From Eledone cirrhosa (Eukaryota): DNA of 64,000 nt. The translations under genes and the position numbers were made by a program. The stretch is from positions 316,820,001 to 316,884,000 of the forward strand of contig OZ024740.1 in the NCBI GenBank assembly GCA_964016885.1. Reading direction: 5' to 3'. How positions within the stretch are numbered: position 1 is the stretch's first letter; each line of letters opens with the position of its first letter. Below the pieces are notes generated by a model that searched no databases, was not told where the DNA came from, and saw only the letters and a list, made by a program, of their open reading frames with translations. Shown here one piece after another: positions 11,615 through 26,600 of this stretch.

Positions 11615-14600
11615 GCTAGTAAAATAACCATGTTTGCATTCATATCTATCTTTGTTTTAATATGCGCCGGGAAATATTTATGAGAACAATTGACAATTAC
11701 ACAACGACCCAATAACCGAATACAGTGCACATGTAAAAAATGTCCTTAGCAACATGTAGGACTCTCCTACAATTATCGTTTGTCGGTAGCAAGAATGTTT
11801 GACATTAACATGTAGTCTATATCTATCATTGGACTTGATAGAATGTCAATTGATCAGTTATATATTCAATTTTCACTTCGTTTTTTAGTTACAAATATAT
11901 ATATAAACATCGATTTTATTGAAAACTGTCACTTTTAATTATCTTAGATTTTGGTTTTAATTAAAGTAATATGTCTTACATTTCTATTTCACATGTCGAT
12001 GTGTAACACAACTCTCATGAGTTCAAAAATACGAGTATTAACATTTAAGGAAATGTTTGTTTACATAATCGGGGTTAGTTATGTAGTTATTGTGGCTTAA
12101 CCCAGTTCAACCTAGATTAAAATGTTTGTAACTTCAGCTTATCATTTATAGATTACATTTTTATAAAATATATAAACAAATTGCTTCAATTATTACAAAA
12201 TACTGTCCGTTTCATTGTTTAATTAACAGTTTTATTTATTTCTACAAGTTGTAACCACTTTTCATGTTTCTTAACCTGTTCCTCTATATATAAGTTCCAT
12301 TCAATGTTTTTCTTTATACACGACACTGGATATTATAAATAAACCTTTGATTTAATCCCTTTTAACATATAGTTAAATGTTACTGTGCAATATCTCTTAA
12401 CTGAACTCTATATTTTCCAGAACACAATTATTGGGAGTATAGATGCCATGTCATTCTAAGATGTTTTCTCTTTAACGATATGCGAACATTACACGTTTTC
12501 TTCGGTCAATTATATCACTTCCTGTACTATATTACTGGTACTTATCAATCAAGAAAAGGCAGAAAATCAAGAGAACTCTGCTATAAATCAACCCTAATAT
12601 TCCTCATATCTTTCGGCATTTTGTTGTTTCGGCTGTTTGTTTATTAATCCACTAATGTATGGTGTCCCCCCAAACAGGAACGGCAGTAATATTTAATTTA
12701 AAATACTGGTTACTAATAGTAACTTTTCATGAAGCTGAACTATTGTATAATCATTATTTTATGATTCCCCCTACTATTTATTTTAAACACACTATTTTTT
12801 TCTTGTTATCTAATTGTAATTAAAGAATGAACACTTTATGGATTAATGGGTTAATAAGTTAATAAAATTGAGAGGAAAAGTCAATCAAACTACTATTCAT
12901 TAAATATATTCAACCTAACAGTATATATTATTTCTTCTAGGAAGTTTTGTTTTTCTCTTTCTATTTACATAGAAACGAATGCATATATAATCTTACATCA
13001 AGAGCGGTTGCAGTATCGGTAGAGCGCCTGACAACATGCATGGCAGCATATAGTTACGTCCCTTTATGTTTTGAGTTCAAATTTCGTCGAGGTTGCCTAA
13101 ATCAGAAACCATCACATCGCCATACTACTGATGGTCATAAATAGACAAATCTGCCTACAATAACAGACAGCTTTTTACCATGTCTCTCTATCATATCAAG
13201 TAGGTCTCTCTCTCATGTCACATAGACCTGCCTACCATGTCAAGTAGGTCTCTTTATCATGTCACGTAAACCTCTATATCATGACAGGCAGGTTTGTCAT
13301 AGTTAATGGAAACTGTTCAATCGTGTAATTTTTGTTGCATCATGATCCACAGTAAGTAATAGGATACATCAACATCCATATAATACCGTTTCATGCTTCA
13401 CACGATTTATATGTTGGTGTGACACAATCTGATACTTAAGTGACCATTAAGGATGAACGGTTAACTTTGCCTTCCATTCTTCCAGGAGGGTGGGGCGGGG
13501 TTGAGGGTGATGGGATGATAATATAAAGTACCAGTTAAATGCTGGGGTCGATATAACCAAATTTTCCCTTCTTCCCAAACTGCTGTCCTTTTGCCTAATG
13601 TTAGAAAGAATTATTAGACATAACTAGCAGTTTTATGAAAAGAGGTTGGTTGTTTTTGATAAACACTGATAAGTTGCAAGAGGTGCTTTATCTTCCTTAA
13701 CTGCCAGGATTTGAACTCAGAAAGTAAAGAACCTAAACAAATACTGCTATGTATTTGTCTAACACTTTAATGATTCTGCCAATCAACTGCCTTTGTACAT
13801 ATCATAATGGTAGTGAATGATATCCCACTACTCTCAGCACTCCAAATCCCAACTTCACCATTTACAATGGCACATATTAACCCTTTAGTTACCAACCTGA
13901 TCAAAAGCAGCTGGTTTTATGAAATAAAACCACCCATTTTAAAGGGTACCTATTTAACCCATAACATACAAAACCACATTAGCAAGACATTCTTGAAAAG
14001 TACAAAATAGTACTATCACTACATCACATTAAAAATTGAAGTATTTACTTTAGTTACCAACCCGGCCAAAACTGGCTCTGGTTCTCTGAAATAAAGCCAC
14101 CCATTTTAAAGGTTTCCAGTTTAAATAAAAAATCTTCCAACATAATTTTATATAAGAACCTTACATTAAGTTACTATCTTAGTAATGAAATAATTCATAA
14201 TTTTAGTATGTACCTCAAAATTCTTCATTTACAAGGGCGGTGTCCCAGCATGGCCTCAGCCAGATGGCTGGAACAGGTGAAAGGGTAAAAGAGTAACTAA
14301 TTAAAATAGAGTGTATTTCATTAAGGGTTAAGAGAATTGGCTCAATAGACTGCAGATGTATTTTTGAAGCAGCTGAAAAGAACTCGGCTCTAAGCAAGAT
14401 GATGCCTCTGGGATCACTGACCTAGGATGACCCTAGTCTCATCAAGAAAAAGCAAGAAGATTATTTAAAGAACAACAACAGAAAAAGTTAAAAGACTTTA
14501 AAATAAGATTATTAATCAAACATAATGTACAAAACTGACAATACAACCTGTGAGACAAATACTATTTTATGTAAAGAAACATCATCATCAACACTACCAC

Positions 14601-17600
14601 CACCATCACCACAACCATCCTCATCATCATCAATATCATCAATATCATCAATATCATCATCATCACATTTGCTTTAGCATACTTGCAGGGGTTGCTTGGG
14701 TCTTTTCCAGCACAGCCTCACTCCACTTGTTACATTCCTTTGTTATGTCCTACGAGGATCAGTATTTTAAGATCACCTCTCACCACCTTTGTCCATGTCT
14801 TTCTTGGTCTTCTACTGCAACTCCCTTCCACTGGGAACTTCTGGCACTTCTTTACCCAATGATCATCAATCATATTCATCACATGTTTCTACCAGTGCAG
14901 TCTTTTTTCTTGCAATCTACATTTGTTTCCTCTTATACCCATATAATTTTGCCTCAGAGTCAAATGGTGGGACATGGGGCATTATGAATGCCTCTAAATA
15001 GAATTAAATGTTAGTCATTGAAATGAGAGTCTGTAAATTATCTAATATAGTGATCTCTATGAAATATGGAATTAATAGTGTTCAAGCATGCCAACCTCCT
15101 TAGTGTTGATGATCTATAGGATAAACATGCTCAGTGCACCCTGGTTATATGAAGGGTGTCCAGCTATAGAAAACTACCAAACAAAAAAGTTAGGAGGACT
15201 CTTCAGCTGTGTCAAAGAGATGACAACCTCCCTAGTGCTGGTGGTCTATACACCTAATATACACTGTAAAGTTGTTGGTAATAGAAAGGGCATCTAGCCA
15301 TAGAAAACCTGCCAAACAAAGGGTCGGGAGGACACTTTAGCTGTGTCAAAGACATGACAACCTCCCTAATGTTAGAGCCATGATAAAATGTATTTGGTAG
15401 AGCATAGGAATGTATGTGAGTGAGGTGTAGGTCCTTAACCTGTCTGAGAGGTCAAGAGCTCTAATTAAATACTGACTTGGTCTATGGCGATCCATCCAAT
15501 CGTTGCTAGTTGCAAAAAACATGTTAAATGATGATGATGATAATAAAGTATTCATTTCTCATTTCAGGAAATAGTTAATGAAGAATTAAACAGTCTGTTA
15601 GAACATCAATCTTTATTAGAGAATAAAATGTTGACTCTTCATAAAATGCTGTAAGTAACAGTTTTTTGTTGTTTTTCTTTATCTTTATTCTTTATGCATT
15701 TAACCCTTTTGATACCAACTTGCTTAAAACTACCCCCATTTCTATGATATAAAACTGCTACTATTTCTATTATATAAAACAAACCCTATTTCTATGATAT
15801 AAAACAACTACTTCTATTATATAAAACAGACCCTATTTTTATGATGCTACTAAAACCCTCCAATTTAAAAATTCATTAGAAATATGGTAATAAAAGAGTG
15901 AAATGTAACTATTTATATCTGCCTTTGAAACTAAAGCATCTAGTTAGGAGCAGTTTTAATTAAATTTCATTAATACTTGTCTTTGAGGCAAAAGTAAATG
16001 GTGAATTGGCAGAAAACATTTAGAGGCATAGGAACAACATTTTTTAGAGTATTTGTTTCAGCTCTCTGTGCTTGGAGTCCAAATCCCACCAAAGCCAAAT
16101 TTGCCTTTCATCCTTTTGAGGTCGATAAAGTACCATCCCAGTGCTGGGCATCGATTCTGCCTCATCTCTTTACCACTTCCCCTTTTCCACTCCCTCTCTC
16201 TTTCTCTGGAAGAAATCAGCTCTATTCAGACCTGGAGAGGAGATGGACTCTACCATGTTTAAAATGCCATAAAGAGTTAAGGGTCCTTTATATTCACGAA
16301 AAATTAAAATATTGTGTCTTCAGAAGAAGTCTATATGATACTGAATCTGTTATTTCCTACCTACTACTAATATTTTATCAACAGTATAATCCATTGCCTT
16401 TCATCCTTACGGGGTCAATAAAATAAAGTACTAGTAATGCACTGGGGTCGATTTATTCGACTTTCCCTCTTCCCAAAAATTGTTGACGTTGTGCCTAAAT
16501 CAGAAACCATTATTTATTGTTCCAAGTTGAGACTATAAAAGCGTTTGTTTATGATTATTTGTTTTGCTCCAACTCTAAATAAATGTTTGGTTTATTTCAG
16601 TCCTAACTTACATGTCCTTGACTCAGATGCTAAACAACTCTCCACCATGATATCCTTCACATCAACTTTAGCTGAGAATGTAAGCAGCAAAGTAAGACAG
16701 CTTGATGTAGCCAAGGTGAGTTTAGGGGATGTTCATTGTAAGCCTGTAGAAGTTATTACTGTATATATGTACGAGGGTCGGCTGAGAAGTTCATAGGTTG
16801 ACCAAGATACTCTCATGGAATGACCAAATGAGGTTTATTTTTCAACATAGTCCCTGGAAAATAACGATGCAATTATTAATAAGAAGAGTTGAAATTAATT
16901 CATGCAAGATTTCACAGTACTAGCATCACCCCTTCATAGTTAGCCTATGAACTTTTCAGCCAACCATCGTGTAAGATTTCAACTACAAAAAGGAAGCACA
17001 CATACAAAATCTAGAGAAGTCTACGTTTCATTCTATAGCCAATCTCTAAGAAACAGACAGGAAAGGCATAACAACCTCTCCTATGCACTCAGTAGAATGT
17101 GAGACTGTACATAAGCGAGACACAGATCTCTGGCCTGCCTGGAAGATCAGTGGCTCTGCTTCAGTACTGACTTGGTCTGTATGGACCCATCCAACCCTTG
17201 CTAGCTGGGAAAGCGGACATTAAAATGACGATGATGATGACGATAATGTTTCCCCATTATAAGACTTACTCAAAAAATAATGTATTGTATTGCATTGATT
17301 CTAGCGTATTACTGGTACTCATTTTATTAAGTAATGATTTTTGTTTGTTTTATTGTTACAATTTCAGAGTCATGTCAGTGATTCAATCCAACGTGTAGAA
17401 GATGTGTTGGACCTTAAATTTTGCACTGATGGTGTACAGTCAGCACTGCAGAATGAAGATTATGAGAAGGTAAGGTTCTTACTGTTCTTTGATGCCTGGA
17501 TCACACAACAACAGACAAAAGCCATACATTTTTGTTGGAGTGTCACCATCACTGTTTAATGTTCATTTTTCCACCCTAGCATGGGTCAAACGAGTTGTCC

Positions 17601-20600
17601 CATTGTGAGACAAGTCGGATCAGGTTACAGTGCCTTGCTCATACAGAACTGTTTCTGGCTTGGTTTCTATGGCTGGGTGCCCTTTCTAATGCCAACCACA
17701 TTTACAGTGTGGACTGGGTGCTTTTTATCGAAGCATCAAGACAACTACTTTGCAGTGTGGATTAGGTGTTTTTTAGCATGGCATCAAGATGACCACTTTA
17801 CAGTGTAGACTGGGTGCTTTTTGTCATGTCACCAACATGACTGCCTTACAGTGTGGACTGGGTACTTTCATGTTATTATTTTTTTATTAACATGATTTTT
17901 TTAATGGCTGGATGCTCTTCTTGTCACTAGCCATTTTATGAGAAGTTGTTTGTCAACACTAGATCTACTGTTAACTGCTAACACAGGAGTTCAAGCCTTG
18001 CTGCAGACAATGTGTCATTGCTATGTTTGTGTGTGTTTATGTATGTATACACCCAGTACATGGTGTAAAGTGGTTGGTGATAGGAAGAGCATTCAGCCAT
18101 AGAAAGCTTGCCAAACAAAGGGTTGGGAGGACTCTTCTGTTGTGTCAAAGTCATGACAACCTCTCCTTTGAAATTGGTAGAATGTGAAACCATACATAAG
18201 CGAAATGCTGATCCCTGTCCTGTCTGGAGATATGTAGACCCGTCTAACCATTGTCATCAGGGAAAGCAGACATTAAATGAGAATGATGATGATGATGTAT
18301 GTGTGTGTGTATATATGTATTCATGAAGAGTTATAGGTAGGTAGGTATGTATGTACCTACTTGAAACTCCTACTGGAATTTTAGGGGCACCATTGTGATA
18401 AATGACATGTTTTCAGCAGTTTACACCTAGCAGAGCCCATCCTTCTTCAGTGTAGATTGAGTGCTTTTTGTTACCACCACAATATATCAACGGCCGATGA
18501 CCATGGAGTTCTGTCCTTCATTTGTATTTTTATTTTCAAAAAATAATTTTTTAAGGTTTCCCCTTAAAAAATTGTTTTTCGTTTTGCCTTGTTCATTGTC
18601 TTGTCCTCGCTTTGTTAATCTTCTTAAGTTTATATAAATATATACATATATATATTTTTTTATTGATAGAAACTGTATTGAAGTCTGCCAAGTGTATGTT
18701 TGTGTGTGTTTACATATATGTACATGCAAACAATATATGTATATATGTTTATACGTATGTATGAAACTATTTTAGGCTGCTGGTCATGTGCACCGGTTCC
18801 TTAGTCTGGATGAAAATGTTCTGAGAATGGCTGGGGATGCCAGTGAAGGTAAGAACCTTTTTTAATCCATATTTCTTTCCCTAAGCAAGACTTTTCACCT
18901 TTCATAAACATTTCTGTGACTGAAAAATATAAATATATCACAGTTAGGGGTCCATTCATACATATTTTACACATTTAGTTTTTATGTTGTGAATCATAAC
19001 GTTTTTATCTATAAATTTCTCTATTCATCCGAGGTTTGTCCCAAAAGTAAAGGTACTGATTTTCCTATGTACAACATGGTAATGCAGCACTGTGTTGATA
19101 TATATAGCTGTGTTGGTTATGACCTTGGCTGCATGTACATATTTGTTTCAACAAGATCAATTATATACCATTATATCTATGAAGCTTTATAAAATATTTC
19201 TATTAGAACATTCTGTTGACATATATATATATACTATAGATGTCTTGCACTATATTTTCAGGTAGTCCATTGGATACATCATTTAAAATGTTACATGAAG
19301 CTGAGGAAAAACTGAAGACCATCGTACGCAATAAATTTGATGCTTCTGTTCATTCAGGGGATGTGGCATCTGTTGAACGTTTCTTCAAAATTTTCCCACT
19401 TCTACGATTACATGAAGAAGGTTTGACCAAATTTGGAAAATATTTAGCTGCTCAGGTGAGTAATTTGGTGGGAGATTAGTACAAACTTTCATGTTAAAAC
19501 TTAACCCATTAAATCCAGACTTTCTGCCATGTGTGTGGCCCCAACCTTGGGCACCTGTGTGAAAATTAGTGGAAAAAATGACATACTCTTGGGTCCCAAA
19601 TAATAATGGGGGGAAGGTGGAAAATCAGTAATTTTTCTAGGTTGTTTTGTCGATTTTTTAAAAACCAGAATTGTTTAGTTTACATATTGAGATCCCAGCC
19701 TATCCTATTTATTTTATAATGCATAGGATTTCTAGTAACCTAATGTGCATCAATTAAACTTATAAAAAGATGATTGGATAACATCCATAAGCTTGGCTGG
19801 TCTTGCTTGGGGATTCCAGCAGGATCAATTGGAGATGGTTGCTTCTGACAGGGCCCACTGGAAGGAGTGTTTGAGGACTCTGCTTCCCTGATCCTCTCAG
19901 GAATAAGTGGACAAAGAAGGAAAACTTCAGTATGTAGAAAGTCTAAATGAAATACTGCCTACTTCTGAGAATAAATTTAAAATATAAAAAAAAAAAATCA
20001 TCATTATTTTATTTATCTTCAAGACCCTTAATATTTATCTTCAAGACTTTTAATATTTTTAGCAGTTTTATTTTAAAAAAAAATCTTTTTCGTATATTCC
20101 AGTTTTCAGAACCAATTGGTAAAACTTTGTCTGAAAACCTGAAAATCACTGATGACGATAAGAGATCAAAAATCTTGTTTGCTGATGTCATAACTTCCAT
20201 GTTTGAGAGGATAGCACGTATAGTTGAAACACACCAGCCTCTAGTTGAAACTTTCTATGGTTAGTATACATTGTACAATATCACCATCATCATCATCATG
20301 TTGCTAGCATGGGGCACAGCTGTGTGGTGAAAAGGTTTGTTTCACAACCACATGGTTCTAGTGTTCACTCTCACTGTGGGGCACTTTCGGGTTGATCAAT
20401 GCCTTGTGAATGAAATTCGGTACTGTGTTTCTCCTATTATTAGATAGGCCTCATATTATTTCAAATCATATGTTCAAATCCCGCCGAGGTTAACTTTGCC
20501 TTTCATCCTTCCGGGGTCGATAGAATAAAGTACCAGTAATGCATTGGGTAATTGCTGGCCTTGTGCCAAAAGTAGAAACAATTATTATACAGGCCTCATA

Positions 20601-23600
20601 TTATTTTTCACAGTCAGCCTAAGAACTTTTCAGTTGACCCTCATAATCAGTAAAAAGTGATAGTATTTTGTATTATTTTTACTTATATTTCCACAGGACC
20701 AGGGAAACTTGATATCATATTGATGTTGCTACAAAAAGAATGTGATCGACAAGCCAGAACAACCATCAAAGAATTCAAAAAGCGTCGAGATTTTGAATAT
20801 AAGGTAAATTTAATTTAATTTACTTGAAACTATTTTGTAAGAAATCTCTTCATGTGATTAATATTTTATTATTAACTTACTATGTGTATTCGAATATATT
20901 CCATTATGAATATAAGCTGAAAAGTGGGCAAAAATGGGCAACATGTCTGAGAAATGGGCAACTATGGGCAAGATGTCTGAGAAATGGGCAAAAATTCATA
21001 CCTTATTTACATAGAATTTGAAGTTTGTGAAAATAGTCAAAATATTGACCTCAAATATAAGCTGACCCTCCTTCTACCATTGTCTTTTTGATCACATATT
21101 CCTCAGCTTATATTTGAGTATATACGATATATAAGGGCGTTGGATTGACAGAATGCGTCATAATATTTAATTAAGATGTTTTATTTTCTGAGTTCAAATC
21201 TGGTCATGGTCAACTTTGCTTTTTATCTTTCTGAGGTCGATAAAATCAGTCAAATATTGTGGTGGATATAATGCCACTCCATTACTGGTCTTGTACCTAA
21301 AATAGAAATCATCATTAACTTATTGAATTGGTCATATAGTTAAGAAGTTCACTTCACAATCACATGTTTTCAAGTTCACTCCCAGTGTCCAACACTTTGA
21401 GCAAATATCTATCATAGTCTTGTGAGGAAAATTTGGTAGATGAAAATTTGGGGATGTGTGTGTGTTATCATCATTATCATTTGACATCAGCTTTTCCATG
21501 TTAACATGGATTAGACGAAAGTTACAGCTAAAGTACTTCATTGGAGCCAATGTCTTCCCAGAAGAGGATCACTTCTTGCTTACATATGTTCCAGTTTTGG
21601 CATGATTTCTATGGCTGAATGCTCTTCCTAATGCCAACCACTCTACAGTGTAGACACATAATCATCATCTAACGTCTGTTTTCCCTGCTAGCAACGGTTG
21701 GACAGGCCATCACTGACCCAGTCAGTAGTCAGGTGGAGCTAATGACCTCTCAGATTGGCTGGATAGGGTGGAGGCGGGGGCTGCATCTTACTTCCTTATC
21801 AACATTTGGTGGACAAAATCAGTGTTCTGCTGAACACAGAATGCCTTACAGTATTTAGTTTGAGCTAAGTTATTTCCCTTTACGCCAACTACTATTTACT
21901 TTTTGATTCTTATAAGAATGATAAAATAAACATGAGACAAAGTACTACAGTCTGTCTTGAAGCTGGAATCTCATCAGGCTGGTGTTTATCTCGGTTTACG
22001 TGGCATTACGTGGCATTAATGACTGCTTCCCTGGACAGGACACCAGTTCATCACGGGGTCAAACATTCAGCTACTGCTGGTATTCATTTTCAGCTGGAAC
22101 AATGTGAAATGAAATGTTTTGCTCAAGAACACAACACACAACCCAGTCCAGGAATGAAACCCACGATATTATGATTGTAAGTCCAACACACTTACCACTG
22201 GGCCACGTGCCTCTACAGACAAAGTACCAGGGTCAGTATAATTGACTGAAGCCCTTGAAAGTGGTGCCCTAGTACAGTAAAAACAAATATCAACCATAAG
22301 GGTTCATTGCTGTGTGTTTTTTTTTTGTTCTTTAGGTCCAACAAGTTCAACAAAGCGTGATGTTCTCTAAAAGTTCCAATGAGAGGTAAGTTTTTATTGG
22401 TAATTCAATGTTTTTTTTCTGTTCTGTATTTGCTTTGGTATTGGTATTAAATTGGCAGAATCGTTAGAATGTCAGATAGAATGTTTTGCAGTATTCATTC
22501 CTGCTCTCTATGTTCTGAGTTCAAATCCTGCTGAGGTCAACTTTGCCTTTCATCCTTTTGAGGTCTATAAAAGAAATACCAGTCTAGCACTGGGATCGAT
22601 TCATCCTCTATATCTCTTTCTCATTTCCTCTCTCTCACTTTCTAACTTTCCCTGGAAGAAATCAGCTGAGTTCAGTCCACACTGTAAACTGGTCATTTTG
22701 GTAATGCAACAAAAGCATCCAGGTTACACTGTAAAGTGGTTGTTTTGGTGATGCAACAAAAGAGTCTAGTCCACACTGTAAAATGATCATCACAACAAGA
22801 AGCATCCAGTCCACACTGTAAATATGGTTGGCATTAGGAAGAGCATCCAGCCATAAAAACAAAGCTAGAAACAGTTCTGTATGAGCAAGACACAGTCATC
22901 TGATCTGACTTGTCTCACAACGAAAGAACCCATCTAACCCATGCTAGCATGGAAAAATGGACATTAAATGGTGATGATGATGATGATGATGAGCAAATTA
23001 AATGTCACATACTTTGACTTGTAACTATTTTTTTGCAGTTAATTTTAGTTCGAAATCTCTTGCATCATGATCATCATCATCGATTTTATGTCTGTTATTC
23101 CTCGATTGCATGGGTTGGATGGGTCTTTTCAGCACAGCATCTCTCCACTTATTGCGTTCCTTCGTCATCTCCTCTGTGAGTCTTAATGATTTGAGATCAG
23201 TTCTCACTACCTCTGTCCAAGTCTTTCTTGGTCTACCTCTAGTGTGGCTTCCCTCCACTTGGATTTCCTGGCACTTCTTAACCCTGTGATCATCATCCAT
23301 GCACATCACATTTTATACACAATGAAATATGGTATATGTCTGTTTGATTGTTTAGCAATAATACTAGATGGACACGATTAAGCTAAACTGTTTACTGTGT
23401 TATTTTTTTCAGGCTGGATTTCAAACAGTTAGATGTATTATTATCAGAACTGGTCTTACTGAATACTCGTGCTGAACTTTATATTCGTTTTATGAAGAAA
23501 AGATCATTGGTGAGTTATGTGTTATTTTTCAATAGGCCTTGAAATATTTCACTTGTTATCCTTCTCCTACTCTTTCTCCTCTATCTGCTTTCCATACTGG

Positions 23601-26600
23601 CATGGGTTGAACCCATCTTGCTAATATGTTCCATATTTGGTGTTATTTCTATGGTTAAATGCCCTTCCTAACACCACTCACCTTATAGGGTGTACTGGGC
23701 ATGTTTTGTTTTGTAGCACCAACACTAACATATCGCAGGGTGTACTGGGTGTATTTTAGCATGGCACTAGCAATAGAGAGGTTGTCATATTCTCATCCAG
23801 ACTGAAGAGTCCTCTCAAACCCTATTTTATCTCCATGGGATTGCCACCACTGTAGCCTTTGGTCACTCACTATATTTACTTTTTCTGTCACAATGCTTGT
23901 ACAGGTGGGTGGGTCTTTTGTGTTATGGCATATTACCAGTCAGATTCAAGTACTCAGCATTTTTTAATACAACTCTCTCTTTACACATCACATGACCATA
24001 CAAGCACAATTGTCTCTTTTGCAAGCTACATTCAATTTCTATTATATTCAGCTTTTCTCTCAGCATACTTAGGCTCCAACATTCATGTATACTAGCATTA
24101 TACATCCAGTGTAGCATGTGTACTTTATTTATTTTTACTTGCTGAAAATCTTTTGCACTCAGATAATCCTCACATAGAAACTTGTTTTTTTTAAGTGCTT
24201 ATAAACTTTTATATACTACAACTTCTATTTTCCTTGGATTACTTTTGACTATTAGAGCTTTTAAAATATAATTACATGCAGTCTACCCTATTTGATGTGG
24301 TCAGCTGAACTATTTTTTTTATTAAGTGAAATGGGGTTCCTCAAAGAGTTTTTGGAGTAACATTATTCGATAGATTGTGTGGCTTGCAGATCAGTGAGTA
24401 GAGCTGTTACTTCTCCGAATTGAGAGATCACATCTCTGATACTATGGGTATGTGGTTAGAATGTCTCAGGAAAGAATCGCTGGACAGATTTTATGGGCAA
24501 AACCAACCGGTAGGAGACCCAGTGGTAGACCCGGAGCAAGATGGTTGGATAACATTCATGAGCTTGGCTGGTCTCTCTTGGGGATCCAGTCGGAGCAGTT
24601 GAAGACGGTTGCTTCTGATAGGACCCACTAGAAGGAGTGTTTGAGGACTCTTCCTCCACGACTCTCTCAGGAATAAGTGGGCAAAGAAGGAGTGAAATTT
24701 TAACCCTAATGAGAATTAGGTTATTAGAATTAATGAATATTTATGCTCAGAATGAGGAGGGAGAGAACTCCTAAAATTTCAGTCAAGCTAAATGCAGATG
24801 AAGATATAGAAGGTAAATTATTTCTTGTAAAAATTTTAGGCTTCCTTATTTTAAATTTCTTCTTAATGATATTATTAAAAACAAAAACAACACAAAAAAA
24901 AATCTAATAATATTATTTTCTTCTCAGAATGACATCGATGTTGGTATCCAGGATGCAGAATTAAAAAAAGGTAAGAATGCAAGTATACTGAATGAAAGCA
25001 GTTTATTAAGCATTTTATGACTATTTTTTCCTGCTAAAACAAGAGTTAGCTTTGTAGGCCCCATGACAGACTTCATACTCATCATAGGGTTGTTTTTGAG
25101 ACAATGTTTTACAGCTTGATGTCCTTCCAGGTGCCAGCTGTTTTAGTTACCTCTAACAACATTTTGTACCTTTTCTAACCATACACTATGTTCCCAGAGC
25201 ATCCTCCTTCACTGCTAATTAGCTCTACTTGATAAGCAGAAGTTATCAACCATTTCTATGGATCATTGCTGGAATTGGAAAAAGTTTATTTTACCGATGC
25301 TTTTATAACTATCGCTGTATATCTACTACATACAAGGTCTACCTTTCCTGCTATCCCACTACATCTCTTGTGTACCCAAGCTTTACATTGTTTACATCAT
25401 TTAGAGTTTAGGCTACATCCTTAATGAGATCAAGGTTCTGTCTTCTTTCCTGCATACTAAAACTTTGTTTTTTGCTGAGTAATATTTCTTATGCATCACA
25501 TAAAAGGTTAAAGTATTTAGTTTACAACAAATTTTCAGTCATTTTACCACAAGTAAAGATTCTATAAACATTTAAATAATTAAACCAATTTTTAGATATT
25601 TCCTCTTAAATCATTACGGGATGTTAAGTGTTAAACTGAAATTGAAATTCAATAAAGATGTTTATTTATTATCGAATTATAATTCTAGTTTGAAATCAAT
25701 TGTAAATCATCATTTTATGATTTTTGGTTTTGAAAACCTCTTAATTTTCTTGATTTAAAACTAAAAATAAACAACAACCTTGAATTGAGTTTTCCCTTCA
25801 TAGTTTTTGCGCTAATTGATAAAGTTAGTTATTGCAGCCCATCTGAAAAAGGAGCCCCATGAGGTGGTACGGCTGTTGCAGCAGGTGTTACTGGCCATTG
25901 TCTGCGGAAATCCCTTTTTCCATTTTCACCATGGGGTGCAGCCAAAATACCACTCTGTCCTAGGTGTAGAGTCTGTCACTATCACCCCTTCCCCCTTTCT
26001 TTCTTTCATTGCTTAATAATCCTTGCCTTTTCCCTCCTTTTCTTCTCATAGCATTTATAGTACTTTCTAATGCTACTTTCTTTTTCTATATGTTAGACTA
26101 AATATTAAATTCTTTATTATTTTTATGTAATTTTATCCTTTTCTGTTGTGTTCTTTCAATAGAAAAACAAGCAAATGTCGAAAGGAATTTTAATAACTGT
26201 GATCTTAGTCGTCTAATGCAAGACTTAATTGGAAATTATATATCAATGGAGGAATATTTTATGCGAGAGATGGTCTTGAAGGTTAGTCAGTATTGTACTG
26301 TTTTTTATTTTCCTTCTTAATCTGTGTAGGTTCAGAGGTTTTCTCATTGACTCTAGTGTAATATACATGTATAGTTAGGTGTTAGGAGGAGCGTCCAGCC
26401 ATAGAAACCTCACCAAAATGGGAACTATTGAATGAAGTGTGTTCTCCCAATCTATCTAGGAAGACAAAAATTAAATACTGACTTAGATCAGAGCTACATG
26501 TCCAGTCCAGGTCAGCATGGAAAAACAAGTATAAAATGATGATCATGTATATGAATATGATCTTAATCATCATCATCATCATTATCAACATTTAATGCCT

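Noticed and set aside
14550-14987. His-rich 145-aa ORF
   Set aside because: (CAT/CAC)n tail of a minus-strand RTE fragment read in antisense
18440-18650. Possible further Penelope-type terminus or hammerhead (ccgatga...)
   Set aside because: Core box is imperfect and no matching GAAA/stem arrangement could be built
24751-24812. Exon-like segment (ctcag AATGA... / AAG|GTAAAT) just upstream of COG4 exon 11
   Set aside because: Every acceptor choice gives an in-frame stop and there is no COG4 similarity; it could only be a poison exon, for which I have no evidence
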